Below are positions 12,094-24,106 of a DNA stretch of 64,000 bases, in pieces. The stretch covers positions 248,001 through 312,000 of the forward strand of contig QPMI01000610.1 of assembly GCA_004431415.1 (NCBI GenBank), given 5' to 3'. Numbering within the stretch: the stretch's first letter is position 1; the number at the start of each line of letters is the position of its first letter. The stretch is from Cyanophora paradoxa CCMP329. Taxonomy: Eukaryota; Plantae; Glaucophyta. The notes below the pieces were generated by a model. It was not told where the DNA came from. It saw only the letters and a program-made list of their open reading frames with translations, and made no database searches. The translations under genes were made by a program, and so were the position numbers.

Positions 12094-15000
12094 TCAATCG
12101 ACATCGATGTCGGAGAGCGCAGAGTCGCCGTCGCTGTCGCTGTCGCCGTCCTCGGATCCGGACCCGGCGGCCTCGCTGCGCTGGTCCTCCTCGATGGCCC
12201 CCTCGCACTGCGGCCCCGCCCCCTCGCGCCAGCCCCGGCCCCGGCCCCGGGCGCGAGGCCGGCGCGGCGCGCACGATGCAGCGCGGCTCCCCCGCCGCCC
12301 CGTGCTCCTCGATGAACCTGCGCCCGGCGTCAGGCAGGGCGGGCCGGCCGGGCGGGGCGGGGCGCATGCGCACTGGACGGCGCGGCGGGCGGCGGCGGCG
12401 GGCTCGCGGGCGGCGAGCGGGTCGTGGGCGCCGATGGGCGGCGGGTCCGCCTCGCCCGACACGACTGCCTCGCCGAACAGCCGCAGGTAGAACTCCTCCC
12501 CCTCGTACTCTGCCCCCGGGTACCGGTCTCGGGGAGAGGCGGGGCGGGGCGCGGGGGCGCGGGGGCGGGCCCTGGAGGGGGTGGTTGAGGCCCTTGCGCT
12601 CGGCCACCGCCGGCCCGCGCAGGGCGATGAGAAGCCGGTCCCGCCAGCGCCCCGCCTCCTCGAGGTGCTCGGGGTACCACAGGCTTCTGATCTGCCGCCT
12701 CCGCCACGGCACGTACGCCGCGTACCGCAGCGGCGCCGCCTGCGCAGGGTACACCCCGTACAGCCCTGCCCGGGGTTCGAAACGAAAAATCGGGGGGTAC
12801 AGCCCTGTGCAGGGCTGCGCGAGATTCGGAGGGGTTCCCACCAGTATCGGGACGGCGCATGTGCGCCTGCGACTGCACCTGCGCCGCACTTCGGCGCGAC
12901 GGCTTCTCCTGCGGTACGGTTTGGGGGTACATCGCGGATGTTGCGTCGAGGTGGAAGGGCGGAAGGGAGGGTACGCGAACCAGCGGGACGATGTCATGAC
13001 GCGCGAGAAAGGCGCGCAGGCGGCTAGCAGCCGCCTTCCGATCTTTCGTGTTCGGATCGTGTACCCCCACGGCCTCCTGCGGAGATTCGTGTACGCACTC
13101 CGGACGAGGCGGGGCGGGGCCCCGGGCGCACCGGGGGGTCGTCGACGAAGAGGGCCCGGTAGAAGCTCTCGTGCTCGTAGTCTGCGGGGGTACAGCTCGG
13201 GGCCCGTACCCGCCTGTACCCCTCCCCCCGGACCCTGGAGTGGGAAGTTGAGGGAGCGCTGTGCGGCGGCCTCCGGTCCGAAGCAGCAGAGCGCGATCCG
13301 GTCCCGGCACCGCGCCGCCTCCTGCCCCCCGGGGGTACGCCATCGAAATCAGAACAAGGGGGGAGAAGGTTGGAGGGGGTACGGAGGGGGCGCACCTCGC
13401 TGTTGGCGAACACGCGGTGAAACTGCGGGCGAATAAGGTGAGAGAATGCGGTGTGAACTCGGGTCCGCCGCCGGGGGTACCTGAATGTTGAGCCACGTGA
13501 CCTGAGGCTGATATGAGGGGCGCGTCTGAAGTGACTCTGAGCATGGAAGGCGAGTGCACCCTCGCAAAAAAAGTGGCGCGGCACGGCATGACTCCAAAGA
13601 AACCTACGCGAGGGTTTGGGAGCGAGCGGGCGTGATCGGAGGTAGCTACACAAGCAAGAGCAGGCAGAAGAGAAGCGCCGGTCGCAGGGTGCCGCTGCAG
13701 GGGAGGTAGTCGCGGCCGCGGCAGCGCTGCGCGCTGCGCGGGGATGGGCGTCGGCGTCAGCGAGGGCGCGCGCGCGCTCCACTGTGGCGGCGCGCCTCGC
13801 TCTCGAAGGCGGGGAGGGCGAACATCCAGTCGCGCAGGCGGGCGAAGGCCCCCTCCCGGTCGCCCCGCCCGCGCGGGTCGTGTACCCCCACCTGCCCCCG
13901 GCCCCGTCAGGCCGGCCCGGCGACCGCGGCGGGTGGGCGGGGCGGGGCGGGGCGCGCCGGCGGGGGCTCGCCGGGGCCGAAGAGGGACGCGAAGAAGGGC
14001 TCGTCGCGGTACCCTGCGCGGGCCCCGCTCGGGCGGAGCGGGCGGGCGGAGGGGAAGGCCGGCGCGCCCTCGAGGGGGAAGTTGAGGGGGGGTAGGCCCT
14101 CCGGCCCGGGGCCCCGCAGCGCGATCTCGAAGCGGTCCCTCCAGCGCGCCGCGTCCTGTACCCCCGGGCCGGCTCGAGGGGGGTGGGTGGGGTGGGGGTG
14201 GGGGGTGCGGGGCTTCACCGTGGCTGCGGTCCACACGCCAGCGTACTGAAGCGCGCGCGTGCGTCAGGGGAAGAACTTGGGAGGTGGCCAGGGGCAGAAG
14301 AAATTAATTATAAAACCCCGGGGCCCGGGGCGCACCCGCGTCGCTTTGGAAGCTATAGGTTCCCAGGGGCAGCGCAACATCGCTTTGAAGCCACCTCGTC
14401 CGTTCTTCGACGTCGTAACTCCAAGGAACCCTGGGCGAGCGTTAGTGCAGAGCGTCAGCGGTGCCGGTGCCGTGCCGGGCCGGGGGCCTCCTTGCGTGCC
14501 GGCGGCGCCGCGACGTCGACTAGTACTTGGATACCGCCCTGGCTTTGTTGGCCCGCTGGTGGCCGTGGCGGCCTCGAGCTCGTTGCTCGCGTCCTCTTGC
14601 TCGGAACACTCGGACGGCTGCTGCTGCCGACCGCGCAGGGCGACCCGAGCCGGCGCCTGTACATGCTCATGATCATGATCATGTTGAGCGCCGGAGCCCC
14701 GGCCGCCCCAGCGGCGGCCGCATCCTGGTCCGCGGCCACGCCCCCGTCCCCGCCCGCGCGGCGCGACAGCGGCAGCGGCGGCCGCCTCCTCCCCAGCCGC
14801 TTTCACCGTCGACGTCGCGCTGCCGCTCCGGCCGGCACCACGCCCGCGGCTGCTGCGGCCGCCGCCGGCGCCGCCGCTGCTGCCGGCTCGGGCGCGGGCT
14901 CGCGAGCCGCCGCCCCGCCCCACGCGCCGCGCGTCGCTGATGGAGTCCTCCTCGCCCTCGCGACCCGAGCCGGAGCCGGACGCGGCCTCCCGCCCGCTGC

Positions 15001-15255
15001 CCTCGCGATCGCACTCGCTGGCGCCGCTGGCATCGCCCGCAGACGCGCCCTCGCCTTCGCTTCCGTCGCTCTCCCTGTACGTCTTCACGCCGAGCCGCTC
15101 GGGCGGCTTCCCCCTGCGCGGCGCGTGCGCGGGCCGGTCACGGTCGATTGGAGGGGAACTCGAACATTTGCGCGGGCCAGCGGGGGCGGGGGCGCGCACG
15201 ACCGGCGGGGCCGCTTCCGGGGAGGTTCGCACTCTGCCGCGCCAAGCCGCGCCAT
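12094..15255 (-). CDS. Protein with three divergent AP2/ERF-like domains, paralog A
   Basis: MARLGAAECEPPRKRPRR (NLS-like); domain 1 GFLGVTTSKNGRGGFKAMLRCPW...YAGVWTAAT|DAARWRDRFEIALRGPGPEGLPPLNFP; domain 2 GFFGVMPCRATFFAR|VTWLNIQ|FHRVFANSE|EAARCRDRIALCCFG...LNFP; domain 3 GLYGVYP...YAAYVPW...EEAGRWRDRLLIALRG...LNHP; acidic tail ending SDIDVD*. Confidence 0.75.
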
Positions 15256-15533
15256 CGGTCGTGCCGAGAAGAGCCGAGGCCCGGCAGCACTGCCGGCCGC
15301 ATAAAGCAGTTAGCAGCAGCTGCAGCTGTACCCCGGCAGGCTAAGACGAATTCGAATTCGAAAACTCGTTAACGTTGACGTTTCATCCCGTCCAACTCGC
15401 GGCCCAAGATTCCCAACTGCAGCCGAGCATTCTGCAGGTGCGCATGCGAACTCTCCCGATCATTTCCTGGCCATGGTGGAGCAAGCGCGTGCGCACACAC
15501 ACAGGCCCTGCTCTCCGCTGGGCCCTAGCCGCC

Positions 15534-16903
15534 CTACATGACCGAGCAGAAGCTGCTCTTCTTCTTCTGCTTCTTCGCCGCCTCCTCCGCCTCGCGCCGG
15601 CGCCGCTCCTCCTCCGCCCGCGCCTCCTCCTCCCGCCGCCGCCCCTCCTCCTCCCGCCGCCGCGCCTCCTCGGAGCCTTCGCTTCGGCCCTCTCTCCTCG
15701 CCACCTGCGCCGCGCCGCGCGCCGCAGGGAAGCCCCGCCGAGTCAGCGGGGCCGAGCCACGGCGCGGGGCGCCCCGCCCCGGGCGCGCCTCGGCGACGAA
15801 GGCCTCCCAGGCGAGGCCGAAGAGCCAGGCGCGCTCCTCGCGGGCGCGCTCCTCACGGTCGCGCTCGAGGCGGCGGAGGCGCTCCTCGACCTCGCCCCGC
15901 TCCCCCGCCTCCTTCAGCTGCTCCTGCATCCCCCGCACCAGCTCGTTCAGCTCCGCCACCTGCGCCTCCATCTCCACGCTGGCCCCGCGCAGGCGTCAGG
16001 GATCGGAGCGGGCGGGGCGGGCGGGGCGGGGGGCGGCTCGCCTGCGGCGGCGCATCGCCTCGAGGTCCGCCGCCCCCGGCGTGCCCCGGGCCGAGGCCGC
16101 CGTCGCCGCCTCGCCCTGCGCCCGGGCTGCCAGGAGCTGCTCCATGCGCGCCATCTTCTCCTCGGCCTCGGCGCGCTCCGAGGGGGGAAGGGCGTCCAGA
16201 AGGCCGCCCTGGAGGCGGGCGCGGAGGTCCGCCACCTGGCCCGCCGCCCCCGAGATCCCCGCCGCCGCCCTCGCCTGCGCCTCCTCCACCTCCTTCGACG
16301 CCCGCCGCCGCGCGCTCTCCTCCTGCGCCGCCGTCGCCCCCGCCCCGCGCGCGCTCGCCGGCGCCGAGGGCGGGGCGCCAAGGCCGCGCACCCCGGCCTT
16401 CCGAAGCACGTCCCGCATCAGATCCTTCATAAGCGCCCCAACGACCTAGCGCCGCCTGAGCGCGCCTAAGGCCCCGCCGCGGGACTCCGCGCCGGGCGCA
16501 CCTCCGTGCCGGGGATCGCGACGGCCTCGAGCTTGAACTCGAACCAGGCGTCGGGCGCGTCCTGACGCGCGAGGTACGCCCGCAGCAGCCGCTCACGCGC
16601 CTCCTTCTCAAGCCGCCTCTTCAGCTCCGGCGTCAGCTCCTCCGCGTACCTGCGCCCGCCCGCCCCGTTCGAGCGCGGCGCTGCGGCGCTCCCCGTGGGG
16701 CGCCGGCCGCACCAGGAGAAGTAGTCAGCCTCTCCCTGCTTCATGGCGGGCGCCCCCGGTGCTGGCGCCTCCGGCTCTGCTTGCGGCAGGCCGTAGTTCG
16801 GGTCCAGGATCTGCGGGGAGTCAGCTGGGCGGACTGGGCCGATGCGCGTCGTCAGGCGCACCCTGCTCATGAGCACTTGGTCGGACTGGTCTAGGTAGTT
16901 CAT
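15534..16903 (-). CDS. Coiled-coil protein with polybasic CaaX C-terminus (5' end uncertain)
   Basis: Exons YAEELTPELKRRLEKEARERLL; EAQVAELNELVRGMQEQLKE; E/R-rich helix; ends KKQKKKSSFCSVM*. Confidence 0.65.
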
Positions 16904-17256
16904 CCTCGCCCGCTGCCGGGCTCCCGCGCGGGCGGGAGCCTCTGGGGCGCCCCTGCGCCTCGGCTGATGTGGCTCCCGCGAAAGATGTGGCTCTAACGCT
17001 GAAAAGCAATGCTGACGACGCAGACTCGCTGCCGACTGTTGCCGGATCGAGTTGTAGTCGTATGGATGCCTGTTCGGCTATTCTGCACCTCCCGCAGCTC
17101 AGAGTATGCCCAGGTGGGAGATGGCGGGGGAGCCCGGCGGAGTCCCAGCGGACAATTGGGGGGGTAGGCGAGAAATAGCTTGCCACAAAAAAAGGCGCAT
17201 CAGCAGCGCCAGATATCTAGACTGTGCTGACAGCCGCATGACCGTCGGACGCTAGA

Positions 17257-19361
17257 ATGGAGGAAGATGACACCGCCGCGGACGGCGCGCACGGCATCTT
17301 CTTAGCGGCGGCATTCATATTAGCTACACTCGAGCGCGACCTGCAGCTGGCGTTGGCGACGTCCGTCGAGGCAGCTGGCGAAAATGGAGAGAGCGCTGAG
17401 CTTGTTATCAGCGAGCCGACCCGGCGCACCCAGCTGTCCTTCCTCGAGTACAAGTCGATGTGGCTATCGGAGACGGTGGCGGGCGGTGCGTATGCATACG
17501 CGGCGCAGACACGGATTCCAGCTACGCGGACTGACTGCTCCCCGCGCCGCAGAAGCGGGGGAGCAGCCTTCCTCGGAGACTGTGGCGTCCCTGCTGAAGG
17601 CGGCCGTGGCCGAGGCCCGATCGGCCTTCAAACCGACGTGCAGGGAGCTCAGAGAGCAGCCGCTCGGGGAGAATCCTGCGGCGGTTCGCGGGCCCGCGGG
17701 GGCGGGAAGGGGGCCGGGGCCGGGGGCGCTCGCCGCCCATCGCTCACGGGCGCCGCAGCGGGAGGCGCGCATTGGGGCGGCGTACAAGGCGGCCGCGGAG
17801 GCGGCGTGGGAGCGCGTGCAGCAGCTGGTGGAGAAGGAGCGCGTCCCGCCGCCGCTGCTCCTCGAGGCCTGCGCGCTCGCCTCGGGCGGCCCGCCGCCGA
17901 CGGCCCGCAGCGTCGCGCGCGCCCCGGCGGACGGAGACGACGACGGGCCGGACGCCGGCGAGGCCGCGGCGGCCGAGGCGGAGCGTGCCGACCGCGCCGC
18001 CCGCTGGCACCGCCAGCTCGTGGAGCAGCAGCTCGCTCCCCCCGAGCGCCCGGCCGCCTCGGGCGCCTCGCCGCCCTCCCGCGCCCAGCGGCGCACCCCC
18101 TGGCGCACCAGCGGCGTCGTTCGCTCGGTCTCGCTGCCCCCGCAGAGCCGGCCGGCCGCCTTCCACCTCCCCGCCGCCCGCCCGCGGCCCGGCCCGCCGG
18201 CCCCGTCCTCGTCCCCGTCCCCTGCGGGGGCAGGCGACTCGAGCTCGGCCGGCTCGGGGTCCGACCGCCAGCCGCCCCCGAGGTCGCAGCAGAGGCCGCC
18301 CACCGGCTCGCCCTCCGCGCTCTACTTTCTGGACACCCCCGCCCCGGCCCCCGCCGCCCCCACCGCCCTCCGCCTGTGCGCCCCGCGCCCCCCGCCGCGC
18401 CGGCTTCGATCGGCGACCCCAGCTGACCCCCGCAGGCTCTTCGTGCCCCCGCGCCAGCGCCAGAGCCGCGGAGGCACCTCCGCGCGCCGCGCCCGCTGCA
18501 CGCCCCGGCCCCGCTCCTCCACCCGCCCCCGCTCCACCCTCCCGCTCACCCCGCGCCCGCCCGCCCCCCGCCAACCTGCCGGGCGGCGTGCCCCACGGGG
18601 GCGGCCTGCCGCTCCTCCCGGACCCTCCCTCGCCGTCGCGCCTCCCGCGCCACGGCGGGCACGGGGGCCCGAAGGAGGGGGCGGCCTCCTCCGCGCGCTC
18701 CTTGAGCGCCGCGCTCCTGCGCTCGCTCCTCGCCGCCGGCCCCGCGCCCCAGCCCTCCCCGCCGCCCCGGCGCCCCCACCCTCCGACCCGGCCCCTCTCC
18801 CCGCAGCGCCCCACGTGCACGGGGGCCGCCCGCGCTCGCGGGCCTCGCCCGGCGGCACGCCCTCCTCGACGCCGCCGCGCTCGGGGTCTTGCACCCCCGA
18901 GGGCGGCCCCGGGGCCCTCCCCCGAGCCCCCCTCGCCGGCCTCGCCGCAGGCCCCCGCACCCGCCGCGCTGCTTCTCGAGGCGCCCCTGGCGGCCGCGGG
19001 GCCGCGCCGCAGCTGGGAGCTCCGCCACTCGCGCTCCGCCTCGTCGGCCCTCCACGGCCACGGCCCCGGCGGCTTCTCCGCCGCCTCCTCCTCTTCCCTC
19101 CGCCCCCCGCCCTCGCCGCCGCGCCCCGCAGCAGCAGCCGCCGCCCGCGAGGCCGCCCTGCTGAGGACGTACCCCTCGTCGCTCGCGTTGGCCGTGGCCG
19201 AGTCGCTGTACGCCCCGCCGCGCCCCGTCCCCTCTCTCCTCCGCGGAAGCGCCTCCCTCCGCCGTCTCCACGCTGCCGTCGCCGGCCCCGCCGCCCACGC
19301 GCCCCCGCCCGGAACCGGGCCCGGGCCCGGCGGCGCCCGCGCCCCGCAGCTCTACTCGTAA
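17257..19361 (+). CDS. Hypothetical Pro/Ala/Ser-rich protein
   Basis: ATG 17257 MEEDDTAADGAHGIFLAAAF...LSFLEYKSMWLSE, GT-AG intron, then ETVASLLKAAVAEAR...AWERVQQLVEKE; low-complexity C-terminus ending PQLYS*. Confidence 0.55.
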
Positions 19362-19641
19362 ACCCCGGGGCTCAGCGGCTGCTCCATGGCAATTGCAACG
19401 CGGTGACGGCCGCTCGCGGGCGTTGTGGTGCTCTGCGCCAGTAACATAATGATATCGATATGTATAATTAATAGATTCGAATACATCTTCAAAGACTGAT
19501 ACATGTACATAGCTGCGGCTCCGGGCCTAGCTATAGGAGTCTGATCATGACGTCCGAGATGAATGGTCGCCGGCGCGGGTCGGGGGTATACGTTTCCTTG
19601 CCCATGGTTAGCTCTTAAGCTTGTCGCGTTGACCGACATCG

Positions 19642-22600
19642 ATGGCGCGTGCACGCAAGAGCGCGGCAGAGCGTGATCCTCCCCGAAAAAGGCCCCGCCG
19701 GTCGTACGCTCGCCTCCGCCTCTGCCCGCGTAAACGTTCCCCTCCAATCGACCGTGGCCCGCGCACGCGCCGCGCAGGGGGAAGCCGCCCGAGCGGCTCG
19801 GCGTGAAGACGTACAGGGAGAGCGACGGGAGCGAAGGCGAGGGCGCGTCCGCGGGCGATGCCAGCGGCGCCAGCGAGTACGCGTACGAGGGCAGCGGGCA
19901 GCAGGCGGCGTCCGGCTCCGGCTCGGTTCGCGAGGGCGAGGAGGACTCCAGCAGCGACGCGCGGCGCGTGGGGCGGGGCGGCGGCTCGCGAGCCCGCGCC
20001 CGAGCCGGCAGCAGCGGCGGCCGCGGCGCCGGCCGCAGCAGCCGCGGGCGTGGTGCCGGCCGGAGCGGCAGCGCGGCGGCGACAGCGGCTGGAGAGGAGG
20101 CAGACGCCGCTGCCGCTGTCGCGCCGCGCGGGCGGGGCGCGGGCGGGGCCGGGGCCGGGGCGCTGCGCATGCGCATGCCCTCGGACCCGCCGCGGCAGGG
20201 CCTGGGCGCGTGCGGGGGTCCGGGTCTGCTCAATCTGGTGCCGCGGCCGAGCTCGAAGGCCCCAGCCGCCGCGGCCGCGGCCGGCCGCGGGTCGCCAGCG
20301 CATGCGCTAGTCGACCGCGGCCGGAGTCCGGTCCGCTGATTGCGGTCGGCCCTCCCGAGCCGCAGCTTATGGCGCCGGGCTCGCAGGCTTCTTCGGAGTG
20401 GTCGACAAGCGCGGCCGCTTTGCAGCGCACCTCCCCTGCCCCTGGATGGACGGAAAGAAGAAGAACAGAGTGCGCCCCTGCCCGTCCCTATTCTGCCTCC
20501 ATTCAAGCTCACGTCGCCTCCGCTGCAGTACCCCGGTGTGTGGGACAAAGCTGAGGTGCGCTCACTCGCTCACGGCTTCACTCACTCCCCCCCCCCCCCC
20601 CCCCCCTCCCCCAGCCCACCCACCCACCCCCCTCGAGCCGGCCCGGGGGTACAGGACGCGGCGCGCTGGAGGGACCGCTTCGAGATCGCGCTGCGGGGCC
20701 CCGGGCCGGAGGGCCTACCCCCCCTCAACTTCCCCCTCGAGGGCGCGCCGGCCTTCCCCTTTCGCTGCTCCCCGGCCCCGCCCCGAGCGGGGGCGCGTGC
20801 AGGGTACCGCGACGAGCCCTTCTTCGCGTCCCTCTTCGGGCCCGGCGAGCCCCCGCCGGCGCGCCCCGCCCCGCCCAGCCTCGCCCTCCCGCCCGCCGGG
20901 CCGGCCTGCAGCTGACGGGGCCGGAGGCAGGTGGGGGTACACGACCCGCGCGGGCGGAGGGACCCGGAGGGGGCCTTCGCCCGCCTGCGGGACTGGATGC
21001 GCGCCCTCCCCGCCTACCAGAGCGAGGCGCGCCGCGGCCGCCCGAGTGCAGCGCCGCCCCGCGCGCCCCTGCTGCCGCCGACGCCCATCCCCGCGCAGCC
21101 CGCCGCGCGGCCGCGGCCGCGACTGGTCCCCCTCGAGAGGCACCCTGCGACCGGCAATCCCCCCCCCCCCCCCCCCCCCTGTTTTTCTCCCCCGGCCCCT
21201 CGCTAAGGGAACGCAGGTCTCTTCGGCGTGTTCCCGTGTCGCGCCCACTTCCAGATGAAGGTGGCGGTGGCTTTCTCGCTCGCACGCCCTGCGCGCCCCT
21301 TTCTCACCGCCGCCCTGAGCCCAGGTCACTTGGCTGAACATAGGGGTACGCGACTCACCTCTCCTCCCCCCAATCGGCCCACGCCCCTAGCGGTCGCCCG
21401 CAGTTCTATCGCGTGTTCGCCAGCAGCGAGGTGCGCCCTCTCCGTACCCCCGCGAACCTTCTCCCCCCTTGTTCTGATTTCGATGGTGTACCCCCGGGGG
21501 GCAGGAGGCGGCGCGGTGCCGGGACCGGATCGCGCTCTGCTGCTTCGGACCGGAGGCCGCCGCCGCGCGCTCCCTCAACTTCCCCCTCCAGGGTCCGGGG
21601 GGAGGGGTACAGGCGGGTACGGACCCCGAGCTGTACCCCCGCAGACTACGAGCACGAGAGCTTCTACCGGGCCCTCTTCGTCGACGAGCCCCCGGTGCGC
21701 CCGGGGCCCCGCCCCGCCTCGTCCGGAGGGAGTACACGAGTCCACGCAGGAGGCCGTGGGGGTACACGATGCCGGCACGGGGGATAGGAACGCGGCCTTC
21801 GGGCGCCTGCGCGCCTTCCTCGCGCGCCACGGCATCGTGCCGCTGGTCCGCGTACCCCCGCCCCCCCCCCCCCACCTGGAGCAACATCCGCGCTGTACCC
21901 CTAAGCTATGTCGCAGGGCACCCGTTCATCTCGAAGTGCGGCGCAGGTGCAGTCGCAGGCGCACATGCGCCGTCCCGATACTGGTGGGAACCCCTCCGAA
22001 TCTCGCGCAGCCCTGCACAGGGCTGTACTCCCCGATTTTTCGTTTCGAACCCCGGGCAGGGCTGTACGGGGTGTACCCTGCGCAGGCGGCGCCGCTGCGG
22101 TACGCGGCGTACGTGCCGTGGCGGAGGCGGCAGATCAGAAGCCTGTGGTACCCCGAGCACCTCGAGGAGGCGGGGCGCTGGCGGGACCGGCTTCTCATCG
22201 CCCTGCGCGGGCCGGCGGTGGCCGAGCGCAAGGGCCTCAACCACCCCCTCCAGGGCCCGCCCCCGCGCCCCCGCGCCCCGCCCCGCCTCTCCCCGAGACC
22301 GGTACCCGGGGGCAGAGTACGAGGGGGAGGAGTTTTACCGGCGGCTGTTTGGCGAGGCGGTCTTGTCGGGCGAGGCGGACCCGCCGCCCATCGGCGCCCA
22401 CGACCCGCTCGCCGCCCGCGAGCCCGCCGCCGCCGCCCGCCGCGCCGTCCAGTGCTTATGCGCCCCGCCCCGCCCGGCCCGGCCCGCGTGACGCCGGGCG
22501 CAGGTTCATCGAGGAGCACGGGGCGGCGGGGGAGCCGCGCTGCATCGTGCGCGCCGCGCCGGCCGCGCGCCGGGCCGGGGCCGGGGCCGGGGCTGGGGCG

Positions 22601-22712
22601 AGGGGGCGGGGCGCAGGGGGAGGGCACGATCGAGGAGGACCAGCGGAGCGAGGCCGCCGGCTCCGGATCCGAGGACGGCGACGGCGACGGGGACGGAGGG
22701 CGCTCCGATTGA
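19642..22712 (+). CDS. Protein with three divergent AP2/ERF-like domains, paralog B
   Basis: MARARKSAAERDPPRKRPRR; domain 1 GFFGVVDKRGRFAAHLPCPW...|YPGVWDKAE|DAARWRDRFEIALRG...LNFP; domain 2 GLFGVFPCRAHFQMK|VTWLNIG|FYRVFASSE|EAARCRDR...LNFP; domain 3 essentially identical to paralog A; same intron layout; TGA 22710-22712. Confidence 0.75.
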
Positions 22713-22773
22713 AAAGAGGCGGGGGAACATGACGGGGGGAGGGGGGAGGGGCGAGGGGCGAGGGGGTACGGGA

Positions 22774-23836
22774 TCAGTGGGCCGCGTGCTCCTCGTGCGG
22801 GGGCAGCGGCCGGTCGATGTAGTTGAAGTTCACGCGCGAGAGCATCGAGGGGATGGCCGAGATCAACGGTCCGTACCGCTGCGGGTACGGAATCAGAGGA
22901 GGGGGGGGGGGATTAAGGGGAGGGGGTGGCGCTCAAAGGGGGTACCTGGGAGTTGTCGTAGAGCTCGAAGAAGGGGACGGCGAGGAGCTTCAGGTTGCGG
23001 GGGACGGCGAAAACGCCTGCAGGGGTACGGCGCGTCGGCAGGGCGGGGCGGCGGCGGGTTCAAGCCCGCGCGGCGCACATTTCTCGGGGAGGCAGACGAG
23101 GAAGAGCTTCTTGCACTCCTTGGGCTTGGTGATGTGCGGGGGCACGTAGGGGTACAGGTACGTCTCGAAGTTCGGCCGCCACCAGACAGATGCGAGGTCG
23201 CCGATCTGTGGCCGGCGTGAGGCGGGGCGGGGCGGCCGGGCGGGGCGCCTCGCCGCGCTCGCCTCCCACTTGGGCGGGTACTGTGTCGACTGCGTGGGCG
23301 CCAGCTTGTTCGTCAGCTTGCGTTTGAGCCCCTCCACCTCGTCCTCGCCCGGCCGCAACCTCCCGCCCGGGCTGCGGGCGCAGCGTCGGCGCCTTGGCGC
23401 GCGGTCGGAGCGGGCGCGGGACCGCAGCGCACAGCTTGAAGAACGTGTTTCCGATCTGAAGGAGAAGAATGTGCGGATGGTTGTGATTGTGCACCTGCGC
23501 AGCGTGGTCAGCGAAGAACGCCAGCGCTTCGCCACAGGGTCCGCGGCGCGGCATGGTCGAAGATCGCAGCGCGGGATGGGAGCGAGCTAGCGGCAGTGAC
23601 GCACGAGGAGGATGCCCTCGACAGTTCGCCGGATGCCTTCCTTCTCGTACTTGGAGCGCATGCGATCAAGCCGCGCCTGCACCGACTTGTCCTTCTCGAG
23701 CTGCTGCTCCTTCACTCCGAACGTGTAGCTCTCCAGGCTGTACAGGTTCACGGTCTGCCCATCGCGTGAGCGGCGCGCTGGAAACGGTTCGTGAGGAACC
23801 AGTTCGCACCGGGCCCAACACCGGCAGGCCCTCCAT
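22774..23836 (-). CDS. NUDT21: Cleavage factor Im 25 kDa subunit (CFIm25/CPSF5)
   Basis: MEGLPVLGP|TVNLYSLESYTFGVKE...EKDKSVQARLDRM...RRTVEGILL|VHNHNHPHILLLQIGNTFFKL|PGGRLRPGEDEVEGLKRKL...WWRPNFETYLYPYVPPHITKPKECKKLF...LLAVPFFELYDN|RYGPLISAIP. Confidence 0.96.
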
Positions 23837-24106
23837 GGCTGTGCGGCACGGCTGCTGGCTGCGCTGGCGGTCGTGCACGGAGAAGGGTCCGGCCGGGATC
23901 CGAACCGGTGATTCCAGAGTGACCGACAAACCCAAGCACGGCGTCTGCGACATGGATGCCTCTCCAACCTGACTGCAGCGACGCCAAAGTGTCGAGCATG
24001 AGCCACTTCGACGTTACGCGCTCTAGGCGACCCACAGCCATCGACCCACTCCAGCTCAGGCGCTCTTGGAAGCGCGTCCAGGGCTTTCTCTAGAGGCCAT
24101 ACCGGG

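Noticed and set aside
12094-22712. Giant DNA transposon with 3-kb terminal inverted repeats
   Set aside because: The arms are spliced paralogous genes; no transposase, sharp termini or target-site duplication was found.
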